Of a stretch of 64,000 bases of DNA, positions 30,334 through 39,415 are shown piece after piece. The position numbers and the translations under genes are program-made. Positions within the stretch are counted from its first letter, which is position 1. Each line of letters starts with the position of its first letter. The notes beneath the pieces were generated by a model, which was not told where the DNA came from, made no database searches, and was given only the letters and a program-made list of their open reading frames with translations. This stretch comes from an uncultured Phycisphaerales bacterium (GTDB lineage: Bacteria > Planctomycetota > Phycisphaerae > Sedimentisphaerales > Anaerobacaceae): NCBI GenBank assembly GCA_963718665.1, contig OY970359.1:544001-608000 (forward strand), read 5' to 3'.

Positions 30334-30443
30334 CTGGATTCCTGCTTTCCGAAATGGGTTCTTCGCTGCGCTCCGTGTCGCAGGAATTACAGATCCCAAC
30401 CCAAAGATTTTCTATGCCCTCTGTTGCTTAAAAAACTCTGTGG

Positions 30444-31913
30444 CTAATTCAACGCAGGTATCAACTTAATCAAAAACTGCCAGACAGCATCTACGGAGGC
30501 GATATCGACGCGTTCCTGGGGCGAATGGGGGTTTTTAATCGTGGGGCCGATGGAAATCATCTCAATAGCCGGCAATCTCTCGCCAATAACAGCCGGCTCA
30601 AGGCCCGCGTGAACAACCTTAACTTCCGGCTCTTTATTATTGAGCTTCCTGTAAATCTCTTTTGCGCGTTTAAGCAGCGAAGAATTGACATCCGGTTTCC
30701 AGGATGGATAGCCGCCTACGGTTTCGACTTTGGCTCCTGCTGACTTTGCCAGGCCGGTAATTTTGGCGGTTATCTCATCGAGCGTTTGTTTCTCCAAACT
30801 CCTCTGAGAGATTAAAATTCGCAACTGCTTCTCATCACGAAGTAACTCAACTTTGGCGAGGTTGCTGGACGCCTCGACAATATCCTCAAACTGAGACGAC
30901 ATTCGATAAACACCCGTCGGCAAATTTGAGAGAAGATTTATGATTTCTAATTGCCGATTACTGATTGCTACCGCTGGTCGAAGGGTAGTTTCTTTCAATT
31001 CGACTTTTAGATTGGGTTCGGTTTTCGCAAATTCTTTTTTGAAAGACGACTCTATTTCAACAAGCATCTTTTTCGCAGCATTGAGCTTTGAGGCATCGAA
31101 ACAGATAATCGCTTTTGCGCCTCTTGGGATAGCATTATGGACAGTGCCGCCCTCGATATCACAGATGCACAAATCAAAATCCTGTAAACCTTTCAGGGTT
31201 TTTGCTAATAGTTGGATTGCGTTTGCGTATTGCTTGTCGATATCGATACCTGAGTGGCCGCCGTGAAGGCCTGAGATTTTCAGGTAGAAGCAGGCAAGCG
31301 AATCGGGCACGGGTGAAAATTCGAGGGGCAGGCGTATTTCGGTCTGTTCGCCGCCCGCGCAGCCAACAATGAAGGATGTATCTTCGCCGTCGAGATTGAT
31401 GAGGTATTTGCCCGTAATGAAGCCGGGCTTCAAACCATTCGCCCCGGTCAGTCCCGTTTCCTCATCGACGGTAAAGAGCAATTCGATTCGCGGATGCGAT
31501 ATTTTTTCGTCAAGCAGTGCGAGAGACAATGCGACTCCCACGCCGTTATCCGCGCCGAGGGTTGTGCCATCGGCTGTAATCCAGCCATCGCGTTCGACTA
31601 ATTCGATAGGGTCTTTGGTGAAGTCGTGTTTCGATTCGGGCGTCTTTTCGCAGACCATATCGACGTGGCTTTGAAGGACGATTGCGGGGGACTTTTCGCA
31701 ACCCTTCGTCGCGGGCAGCTCGATAATCAAGTTATCGACGTCATCGCTTCTAAAGGTGAGATTGCGGCTTTTGGCGATGGTCTTGAGCCAATCCATAATC
31801 TGCTTTTCATTTTTTGACCCGCGAGGGATGTGGTTTATTTGTCTGAAAAACTTCCAGACGTTTTTCGCCCTGGCCTGTTTTAACGATAGCTTTTTATCCG
31901 CTGACATATCCAT
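30444..31913 (-). CDS. pepD: Aminoacyl-histidine dipeptidase (M20C)
   Basis: QSHVDMV, TLGADNG, DEETGL, HAGLE, HSPQE; start trimmed because ORF-track start lies in the tRNA. Confidence 0.92.
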   Translation of the reverse strand: MDMSADKKLSLKQARAKNVWKFFRQINHIPRGSKNEKQIMDWLKTIAKSRNLTFRSDDVDNLIIELPATKGCEKSPAIVLQSHVDMVCEKTPESKHDFTKDPIELVERDGWITADGTTLGADNGVGVALSLALLDEKISHPRIELLFTVDEETGLTGANGLKPGFITGKYLINLDGEDTSFIVGCAGGEQTEIRLPLEFSPVPDSLACFYLKISGLHGGHSGIDIDKQYANAIQLLAKTLKGLQDFDLCICDIEGGTVHNAIPRGAKAIICFDASKLNAAKKMLVEIESSFKKEFAKTEPNLKVELKETTLRPAVAISNRQLEIINLLSNLPTGVYRMSSQFEDIVEASSNLAKVELLRDEKQLRILISQRSLEKQTLDEITAKITGLAKSAGAKVETVGGYPSWKPDVNSSLLKRAKEIYRKLNNKEPEVKVVHAGLEPAVIGERLPAIEMISIGPTIKNPHSPQERVDIASVDAVWQFLIKLIPALN

Positions 31914-31939
31914 ATTCCATAAATAAACGCTCTGGGAAC

Positions 31940-32013
31940 TATCCCCGGTGAGATTCGAACTCACAACCTTTGGCTTCGGAGGCCAACACGCTATCCAGTT
32001 GCGCTACGGGGAC
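31940..32013 (-). tRNA. tRNA-Arg(CCG)
   Basis: GTCCCCGTAGCGCAACTGGATAGCG...CTCCGAA...GTTCGAATC. Confidence 0.93.
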
Positions 32014-32250
32014 CGAATAACCCCTTTCTAATACGGCAAAAAGGCCAAAAAGTCAATAAAATCAGCTCAGGCGGCAAATTTTGCCAAAATGGGCCCCCGC
32101 AATATGAAAACCAGTTCCAATAAAATATTCGGCGGGATTCTTCGACTATTTCGACTACGTTCAAGACAGGTAAAATCCGCCCTGCAATCAAACTTTCACA
32201 ATTCCTGACTTTGACAAGCCGCACTCTACTGGTTACAGTATCCCCATATT

Positions 32251-33591
32251 ATGACAGCGCTTATTAATATTGCATATTTGATTGCGCTTTTGGCGGCGAG
32301 TCCGATGGCGATTTATAAAATGCTCAGGTACGGGCGATACCGCGCCGGGTGGGCTAATCGCTTCGGCAAAATAAACCGCAAACGACCCGACAAAAAGTGC
32401 ATCTGGATTCACGCAGTAAGCGTGGGCGAGGTAAATGCGACGACAACGCTAATCCGCGAACTCGAAGCCAAATTCCCTGATTACGAAATCGCAATCAGCA
32501 CCACGACCGACACGGGGTTTGCCCGTGCAAACGCGCTCTTCGGCAGCCGACTGAGCATTTTTTACTTCCCGATGGATTTTTCGCTAACAATGAAACGGGC
32601 TTTCGCGAACATCAGACCCGCGATGTGCCTGCTGATTGAGCTTGAGGTCTGGCCCAATCTTGTGCGAATCGCAAAGCAATCGGGTGTTCCCGTAATAGTC
32701 GTCAACGGCAGATTGAGCGAACGAAGCTTCAGAAGATACAACCTGATAAAAGCGGTAACGAGAAAGTTATTCGGCAATCTTACGCTGGCACTTGCGCAGA
32801 GCGAAGAATACGCCGAGAGATTCCGGCGACTCGGTATGCCTGCGGAGAAGGTTATCGTTACGGGTTCGGTAAAATACGATACCGCGCAGGTAGCAGACAA
32901 AGTTGATGGGGCTGAGGTATTGGCGGCTCAACTGGGTCTCAAAAACGAACGACTTTGGGTGGCAGGAGCAACAGGCGACGACGAAGAGCAGATTATTTTG
33001 GACGTTTACAAGCGGCTGGCTGAGCAAAAACAATTCGCGGATTTACGACTTGCGATTGTGCCCCGAAAGCCGGAGAGATTTGATGAAGTAGCAAATTTAA
33101 TTAAACAAGCAGGATTCGGATTGATTCGGTATAGCGAAGTAAAGAAAGAAGCCACAGAGCATTTATTAGCCACAGAGAGCACAGAGGACACAGAGAAAAA
33201 AATCATAAATCATAAATCATCAATCATAAATGTAATTCTCGGCGATACGATGGGTGATTTGCGAAAATTTTATTCGCTTGCTGCGGTAATTTTTGTGGGC
33301 AGGTCGTTAGTGCCGATGGGCGGGTCGGATATGATGGAGGCGGCGGCATTAGGCAAATGTACGATTTTTGGCCCGCACGCGTTTAACTTCAAACAGGCCG
33401 TAGAGGATTTGCTGAAAGCCAACGGCGCAATCTTAGTCAAAAACGCAGATGAATTATTAAGTGCGATGACCAAATGCCTGACCGATGCCGATTATGCTCG
33501 ACGAATCGCTCAAAACGGCCGGCAGATAATCAGAAAAAACCAAGGCGCAACAGCACGCACGATAAACAACATCAGCAAGATGTTGAAATAA
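32251..33591 (+). CDS. waaA: Kdo transferase, with repeat-derived in-frame insertion
   Basis: WIHAVSVGE, ELEVWPN, NGRLS, VPRKPERF, LGDTMG. Confidence 0.93.
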   Translation: MTALINIAYLIALLAASPMAIYKMLRYGRYRAGWANRFGKINRKRPDKKCIWIHAVSVGEVNATTTLIRELEAKFPDYEIAISTTTDTGFARANALFGSRLSIFYFPMDFSLTMKRAFANIRPAMCLLIELEVWPNLVRIAKQSGVPVIVVNGRLSERSFRRYNLIKAVTRKLFGNLTLALAQSEEYAERFRRLGMPAEKVIVTGSVKYDTAQVADKVDGAEVLAAQLGLKNERLWVAGATGDDEEQIILDVYKRLAEQKQFADLRLAIVPRKPERFDEVANLIKQAGFGLIRYSEVKKEATEHLLATESTEDTEKKIINHKSSIINVILGDTMGDLRKFYSLAAVIFVGRSLVPMGGSDMMEAAALGKCTIFGPHAFNFKQAVEDLLKANGAILVKNADELLSAMTKCLTDADYARRIAQNGRQIIRKNQGATARTINNISKMLK

Positions 33592-33593
33592 AA

Positions 33594-34514
33594 TCAACTC
33601 CGCAGTTTTTTATTGACGGCTTTGATGTGAGCCGGGGAAGTGCCGCAGCAGCCGCCGATTATGGTTATGCTGGCGGCGTAGATTTGCTGCGCGGCATCGG
33701 CAAACTCATCGGGCGTTACCTTATAGACGGCTTTGCCGTCGAGCAGTTCTGGTTTACCCGCGTTTGGTTCGGCGAAGACCAGGACCTTCGGATTAACTGC
33801 CTTGGCGGCGGCAACATACTTTTTTGCAAGCTCAACATATTCGTCGAGGGAGGTTGTGCCGCAGTTGAAACCCACGGCGTCTGCGCCAGCGGCTACAAGG
33901 GATGAGACGGCGGTTTTCACATCGACGCCCATCATAGTTCTGAAATCGTCTCCGCGTTTGTCGAAAGACATCGACGCGAGAACGGGTAAGACGGAGCCCG
34001 AGTATTTGACCGCTTCGACAGCGACGACCGCTTCATCGACAGCACCCATTGTTTCGATGATAAAGCCATCGACCCCTCCTGCTATAAGCGCCTTTACCTG
34101 GTCGGCAAAGATTCCCCTGAGCTGGTCGGGCTTCAAGCTGCCGAGCGGTTCGAGAAAGTCGCCGCTTGGACCTATATCGCCGAGGACATATTTATCTTTT
34201 CCCGCGGCCTTGCGGGCAAGCTGAGCGCCGGTTGTGTTAATGTCCCCAACGCGGTTTTCGAGGCCATGCCGAGCAAGGGTGAAGCCATTGCCGCCAAAGG
34301 TATTCGTAAGGATGGCGTCGCTGCCCGCGTTCAAATAGCTGTTATGAATCCGCAGGACCAAACCAGGCGATTCAAAATTAAGTAATTCACTGCACTTGCC
34401 CGGCTCAATACCCAGGCCAATCAACTGTGTCCCCATAGCACCGTCGAGCAGAAACAATCCCTTGCGTAACCTGTCTTTCAAATTCAGCTTACTCACAAAA
34501 ATTTCCCCTTTCAA
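33594..34514 (-). CDS. Homocysteine S-methyltransferase domain protein (MetH N-terminal-like)
   Basis: LDGAMGT, RTMMG, GFNCG, PNAGKP, GGCCGT. Confidence 0.88.
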   Translation of the reverse strand: MKGEIFVSKLNLKDRLRKGLFLLDGAMGTQLIGLGIEPGKCSELLNFESPGLVLRIHNSYLNAGSDAILTNTFGGNGFTLARHGLENRVGDINTTGAQLARKAAGKDKYVLGDIGPSGDFLEPLGSLKPDQLRGIFADQVKALIAGGVDGFIIETMGAVDEAVVAVEAVKYSGSVLPVLASMSFDKRGDDFRTMMGVDVKTAVSSLVAAGADAVGFNCGTTSLDEYVELAKKYVAAAKAVNPKVLVFAEPNAGKPELLDGKAVYKVTPDEFADAAQQIYAASITIIGGCCGTSPAHIKAVNKKLRS

Positions 34515-34538
34515 ACTTGTATTGCGTTTATATACGGA

Positions 34539-35372
34539 TTATTGCCGTTTCTGTTCGATGGCTTTGCCGTCGATTACCCGGTAAACATGGTCAAAACCAC
34601 GCGGCAAAGGTCTCACAAACAACCGCTGCCGCTGCTGGACGCTCAATTCCGTCGGTTTGACGGATGCCAGCGAAATATCGGCGGAATCCTCGCCGCTTTC
34701 TTTGGAAACGGCAACTATTTTTATCCGCGAAGGAGTTAAAAATCCTTCGGCTGTTTTCTCATAGCCGGCAAATTCCGCTTTCAGGTAAATATCGCCCGAT
34801 TCGTCGAAACGCTCCATCTTTGCTACCACATAATCGCATGACTCGATATATATTTTCTGAAGTATGACGCCGCGGTCGTTACGCAAAGTGAGCAGGTCGA
34901 GATTACCATTACGGCTTAACGTCCAGTCGCCCTGACGTATATCGACAGAGCCAAAGGCCTCAAGGGCTATCATCGGGCTGACGGCGAAGCCATTCCAGAT
35001 TCTGGCCTGCGACCAGGCGCCAGACCAGTACGAGCTGACTTCTTTTGGTTTGAGCCAGAACCAGAATTCGTCGGCGTTTGAGCCGAACACCAGACCGGTG
35101 GCGTCAAAAGCGACGTCGCCCTGCAGGTAAATTTCATCAGGAGGATTCACCCAGAGTTTGACTGGGAAATTTTCTTTGCGAACTTTTCCTTCGGCGTAAT
35201 ACTGCAAAAGACACTGGCCCGTCGCGCAAACGGGAACTGCTTTTTCACGATGCGATTTCAATGCCGCAATCGCTTCGTCAGCGGTCGTTTTGCCCGGACA
35301 ATGACGCATCGGCTGTACGGCACAGCCCGCGAAAAACAGCATCAACATTAAAAACACAAACCGATTTAACAA
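34539..35372 (-). CDS. Hypothetical lipoprotein
   Basis: Lipobox FFAGC; 277-aa ORF abutting upstream gene. Confidence 0.75.
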   Translation of the reverse strand: MLNRFVFLMLMLFFAGCAVQPMRHCPGKTTADEAIAALKSHREKAVPVCATGQCLLQYYAEGKVRKENFPVKLWVNPPDEIYLQGDVAFDATGLVFGSNADEFWFWLKPKEVSSYWSGAWSQARIWNGFAVSPMIALEAFGSVDIRQGDWTLSRNGNLDLLTLRNDRGVILQKIYIESCDYVVAKMERFDESGDIYLKAEFAGYEKTAEGFLTPSRIKIVAVSKESGEDSADISLASVKPTELSVQQRQRLFVRPLPRGFDHVYRVIDGKAIEQKRQ

Positions 35373-35861
35373 TTACAACTCTCCCTGCAGAATCTGCCCC
35401 ATCTGGGAAGTCAACTGGGCAACCTGCTCTTCACCCAGATTGGGATTGACCACTTCGGCGAAATCCTGTGTGCCGGTGATTCTCAATCGCCAGATTTCCC
35501 TGCCGTCCTGCGTTCTTGAAGAATCATATTTCAAGCGGCGTCTTCGCATCAGGACAAGCGTAAGGACGAAACGGAAATTAACCTTTTCCTGCTCGGTTTC
35601 CGTCGCCAGCCGTTCAAAGAACGCCATCAGCATATCATCATCGACGAACAACTGCTTTTTCTGTTCGGGCGTCGGCAGTTTGGTTTTCCAGTAACAAAAG
35701 ACCTCCGGCTTTTGCTGCGTCCATGCCTCGGCGCAAAAATCACGCCTCGCAAACCCCTGCTCGGTCTGCACCAAGGTCGCGTAGTATTCCTCGCCCGGCT
35801 GGATTTGCCTGCCTGTGGCACAGCATTGCCCCAGCGGCTTATCAATTACCCATTCGTCCAT
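35373..35861 (-). CDS. Conserved hypothetical protein
   Basis: CCATGR...RRDFC; LMRRRRL; operon context. Confidence 0.75.
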   Translation of the reverse strand: MDEWVIDKPLGQCCATGRQIQPGEEYYATLVQTEQGFARRDFCAEAWTQQKPEVFCYWKTKLPTPEQKKQLFVDDDMLMAFFERLATETEQEKVNFRFVLTLVLMRRRRLKYDSSRTQDGREIWRLRITGTQDFAEVVNPNLGEEQVAQLTSQMGQILQGEL

Positions 35862-35894
35862 AGTATTATTTCAACTCCATGTTGTGTCGTGCCG

Positions 35895-36230
35895 TCATCT
35901 AAATTTCAAGTGTTCGCACATATTGCTTACAGTGGCAGGCCCGATGCCTTTGACGTTGTCGAGGTCATTGCAATTCTGAAACGCCAAATCGCCCCGGCCG
36001 CTTTGCCGAAACTGTTCACGATAACTTATTATCGCCTGTGCCCTTGCGACCCCGACGCCCGGCAGCATCATCAAGCCCGCCGCAGGAGCATCATTCGGGT
36101 TTATCCTGCTTTCCAGCTCAATTCTGGCTGTTCCGCTTTCCGCAACGACGCTGCCAATCGTAAAGCACAGGCCAAAAACAACAGCCAGGCAAGAGGCGAT
36201 AACAAACGCAAACAATTGAATCCTGTTCAT
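35895..36230 (-). CDS. ComEA-like helix-hairpin-helix protein
   Basis: INPNDA, LPGVG, VKGIGP; N-terminal TM. Confidence 0.85.
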   Translation of the reverse strand: MNRIQLFAFVIASCLAVVFGLCFTIGSVVAESGTARIELESRINPNDAPAAGLMMLPGVGVARAQAIISYREQFRQSGRGDLAFQNCNDLDNVKGIGPATVSNMCEHLKFR

Positions 36231-36242
36231 ACCGATATTCCG

Positions 36243-37706
36243 TTACCGGCCAAAGATACGGTCGCGGAACCTCTTCAATGCCAGGTATGATTCCTTGGGT
36301 TCGAGTCCCGCCGTCATAAGCCCGCTGTCGGGAACGGCTCCGTCCGCCACATCGGTGAAATTAGAATACATAACCCCGTCAATGCACGCCTTGCTGAGCG
36401 CTATCCTGTAAAACTGGTCGAGCCATTCCGCTTGTTTAACCTTATCCCAGGGGCCATGCCAGAAACCAGAAACATCGGCAGTACCATCACGGCCGGGAAC
36501 CTCGACATTTGTGATATACATCGGCCTTGATATAGGAGCGTAGGAGTCCAGAATCGCCGAAATCTGCATCATATCGCGGACGTGCATGCCGGATTCATCG
36601 GCGCCGAAACGCATAGTAAGCCCGAAGGCGTCGAAATTTATGCCGCTCTGGATGACCATATCCATATAGACCAGCGGCGGAATGGTGTCGGCTGTCTGCC
36701 CGTAATACTCGCCCCAGGGATTGCTGACCTCTATTATCCTCAGCGCGCGTTCAGAAGCGGTCTTGACCGCCCTGTTGGCCGCGCGGGTTATCTCCAGCAC
36801 CTGCTCGAAACCAAATCCGAAATGATTAAAGGCGTTAAGCCCGCTGACGACGCACCACGTCCTGACCATACCGCCATACCTGGCAGCCGCCGCTGAAACA
36901 AACTCGTATGCGTACTCGCGAATCTTCTCAAAATCGGGGTGGCTTTCGAGCAGCCACTTCGGCAGATATTCTTTAGTAAAGCAAAGCAAAGGCCCCGCGC
37001 CAATTGCAAGTTTTCTTTTGCTGAGCATAGTTATACAAACATCAAGTTTTGAAAAGTCGTATTTGCTTCTTTCCAGCTCAATATGTCCCCAGTTGAAAGG
37101 CACCATCGCCAGGCCGAATACGCCGGCCAATTGATCGAGGTAAGCCGGGGTAGTAACCTGCTTAGGGTCAACCCAGCAGCCGAGACAACCGCGGCCAAAC
37201 CCGTGATTTTTACCTCTTGTCGTGAAAAGCAGCTTGGCATGTTTGGCCGCCAGCGATTCCGAAAACGCCATCGCTTTTTGCAGCGCCTGGTCGGCAAGCT
37301 GCGAGGCGGCTGGGCCGTCAGCAATTTCCTGGATGGCCTTGATGAACAAATCCTGGATATCCCCATACAGCGCAGCGGTATCTTCGGCATCCTCGAAAAT
37401 AGACCAGTCCTCGCGTTTGTTGATGATTTGCATAAGCCGGCCGCGGGTCAGCTCCAGATTAAGATTATATGGCTCAGGCCTTTCGGGCAGACAAGTCGTC
37501 GAAAGCAGAATCCTGCCGAAACCCTCAACAGGCCACAGCAACGCCACGCCGGCGGTTTCCTCGCTTGGCTTGTAGCACTCCAGAATGCCGTCCACAAAGC
37601 TGACCTGCGCCTTGCGAATCGCCATACCGTCGGAGCCGAACATATACGCCCCGTGAAGGGCAAAATCCGTTACCTGTTTGCCGTTGTTAAAAATCTGAAA
37701 TCTCAC
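36243..37706 (-). CDS. GH10-like TIM-barrel protein with degenerate catalytic motifs
   Basis: PFNWGHIE...YDFSKLD, WCVVSG, ITNVEVP, GLMT..EPK. Confidence 0.7.
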   Translation of the reverse strand: MRFQIFNNGKQVTDFALHGAYMFGSDGMAIRKAQVSFVDGILECYKPSEETAGVALLWPVEGFGRILLSTTCLPERPEPYNLNLELTRGRLMQIINKREDWSIFEDAEDTAALYGDIQDLFIKAIQEIADGPAASQLADQALQKAMAFSESLAAKHAKLLFTTRGKNHGFGRGCLGCWVDPKQVTTPAYLDQLAGVFGLAMVPFNWGHIELERSKYDFSKLDVCITMLSKRKLAIGAGPLLCFTKEYLPKWLLESHPDFEKIREYAYEFVSAAAARYGGMVRTWCVVSGLNAFNHFGFGFEQVLEITRAANRAVKTASERALRIIEVSNPWGEYYGQTADTIPPLVYMDMVIQSGINFDAFGLTMRFGADESGMHVRDMMQISAILDSYAPISRPMYITNVEVPGRDGTADVSGFWHGPWDKVKQAEWLDQFYRIALSKACIDGVMYSNFTDVADGAVPDSGLMTAGLEPKESYLALKRFRDRIFGR

Positions 37707-37829
37707 GGTATTCCTTTTATCAGAAATAAATTACTTCACCATATCTTAAACAACCGCGTGATTATAACATCAGCCGCTTCAAAGGCAAATAACCTTAAGG
37801 CCATTTTCTCTCGATAGTGATTTGAGCTG

Positions 37830-38594
37830 TCAGAGATTGACGGCAATGCCACGGTCGCGGAGATATTCCTTCATCTGGGTAATTGTGTAACTTTCGAAAT
37901 GGGTAATTGAGGCCATAAGGACGGCTTCTGCGTGGCCTTTGACGACAGCGTCGTAAAGATGTTCGAGTGTGCCCGCGCCGCCGGAGGCGATTACGGGAAT
38001 ATTGACCGCGTCGGCAACCGCACGGGTCAATTCAATATCGTAGCCCTTCTGCGTGCCGTCGGCATCCATACTTGTAAGCAGGATTTCACCCGCGCCGCGT
38101 TTTGCGCCCTCGACTGCCCATTCGACTGCGTCGATATCTGTCGCCTCAGTGCCCGCCTTAACAGTAACCTGCCAGTGCCCCGCTTTGGTTTTCGACCTGC
38201 GGGCGTCAATGGCAAGCACGACGCACTGGTTGCCGAATCGCTGGGCGGCCTGGGTGAGAATATCCGGATTTTTTACCGCTGCGGTATTGACGGAGCATTT
38301 CTCCGCACCGCTTCGCAAAAGCTCATCCATCTGCTCGACGGTGCTTATGCCACCCCCTACCGTAAACGGGATAAAGACGTTTTCGGCGACTTTGCGAACA
38401 AGGTCAACGATTGTCTTGCGAGAGCGAATCGTCGCGGTGATATCGAGAAAGACAAGCTCATCGGCCCCGTCCTCGCTATAACGCGAGCCAAGCTCGACCG
38501 GGTCGCCGGCGTCTCGAAGATTCAAAAAATGCACGCCCTTTACCACCCGGCCATCTTTAACGTCAAGACAAGGTATTATTCTTCTGGTCAGCAT
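37830..38594 (-). CDS. hisF: Imidazole glycerol phosphate synthase cyclase subunit
   Basis: [32 protein letters not shown]. Confidence 0.97.
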   Translation of the reverse strand: MLTRRIIPCLDVKDGRVVKGVHFLNLRDAGDPVELGSRYSEDGADELVFLDITATIRSRKTIVDLVRKVAENVFIPFTVGGGISTVEQMDELLRSGAEKCSVNTAAVKNPDILTQAAQRFGNQCVVLAIDARRSKTKAGHWQVTVKAGTEATDIDAVEWAVEGAKRGAGEILLTSMDADGTQKGYDIELTRAVADAVNIPVIASGGAGTLEHLYDAVVKGHAEAVLMASITHFESYTITQMKEYLRDRGIAVNL

Positions 38595-39205
38595 CAGTTA
38601 CCCCTTCCATTGGCTATCCGGGCGAAATTACGAAGCACCTGTAAACCCTGCCGGCCGCTTTTTTCGGGGTGAAACTGTGTGCCATAAATATTGCCCTTCT
38701 GGATGGACGCGGGCAGCTTGAAACCATAGTCGGTATAGGCAACTTTGGCGGTTTTGTCTGTAACATTGGCGCAGAATGAGTGAGCGAAATAAAAATGCTT
38801 TTCGCCTCCCAAGCCGTCAAATAACGCCATATCATTTGGCAATACAACCTTGTTCCAGCCCATATGCGGTATTACCCGGCCTGGCGGTATGGGAACAACA
38901 TCGCCCGATACAAGACCCAGGCCATTGTGTATGCCGAATTCAGAGCTTTTGTCAAAAAGCATCTGGAAGCCCACGCAGATACCGAGTAGGGGTTTACCCG
39001 CCAGAGCAAGGTCTTTGATTACCGAGCCGAGCGAGCCGAGGGCATTTACAGCGAAACCGAAGGCAGCAACACCAGGCAGAACCAGGGCGGAGGCGGCCTC
39101 AATCTTCCTGCGATCACAGCTCAGCTCGACCGGGCAACCCAGGTGGTCAAAGGCGTTGCAGACACTTTTTACATTCCCAACGTTATAATCGATAACTACA
39201 AGCAT
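38594..39205 (-). CDS. hisH: Imidazole glycerol phosphate synthase glutaminase subunit
   Basis: GICVGFQ, PHMGWN, QFHPEKS. Confidence 0.96.
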   Translation of the reverse strand: MLVVIDYNVGNVKSVCNAFDHLGCPVELSCDRRKIEAASALVLPGVAAFGFAVNALGSLGSVIKDLALAGKPLLGICVGFQMLFDKSSEFGIHNGLGLVSGDVVPIPPGRVIPHMGWNKVVLPNDMALFDGLGGEKHFYFAHSFCANVTDKTAKVAYTDYGFKLPASIQKGNIYGTQFHPEKSGRQGLQVLRNFARIANGRGN

Positions 39206-39415
39206 ATAAAAAATCAAACCCCAGGTTCAACCGAACATTAACCGGTAAATCGAGTATTATAGTTTAGCAAATTTAAATTGCCAGTCGAATACAATCACCT
39301 TACAATATAGTATCAGTAAAACTGATACTGCTGTAACGTGCTTCGCCTGCGGTTTCAGTTCAGAAGGTAACCCGTTGTCCGGAAAGACAGTTGAATTACA
39401 ATCGAGGGAAAAGAA

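Noticed and set aside
30195..30431. 78-aa ORF in track
   Set aside because: Out of frame with the RBS-led 46-aa ORF and runs through REP elements.
39290..39415. glmS ribozyme upstream of glmS
   Set aside because: I do not see the AGCGCC...GACGAGG core; only a short palindrome (AGTATCAG-TAAAA-CTGATACT).
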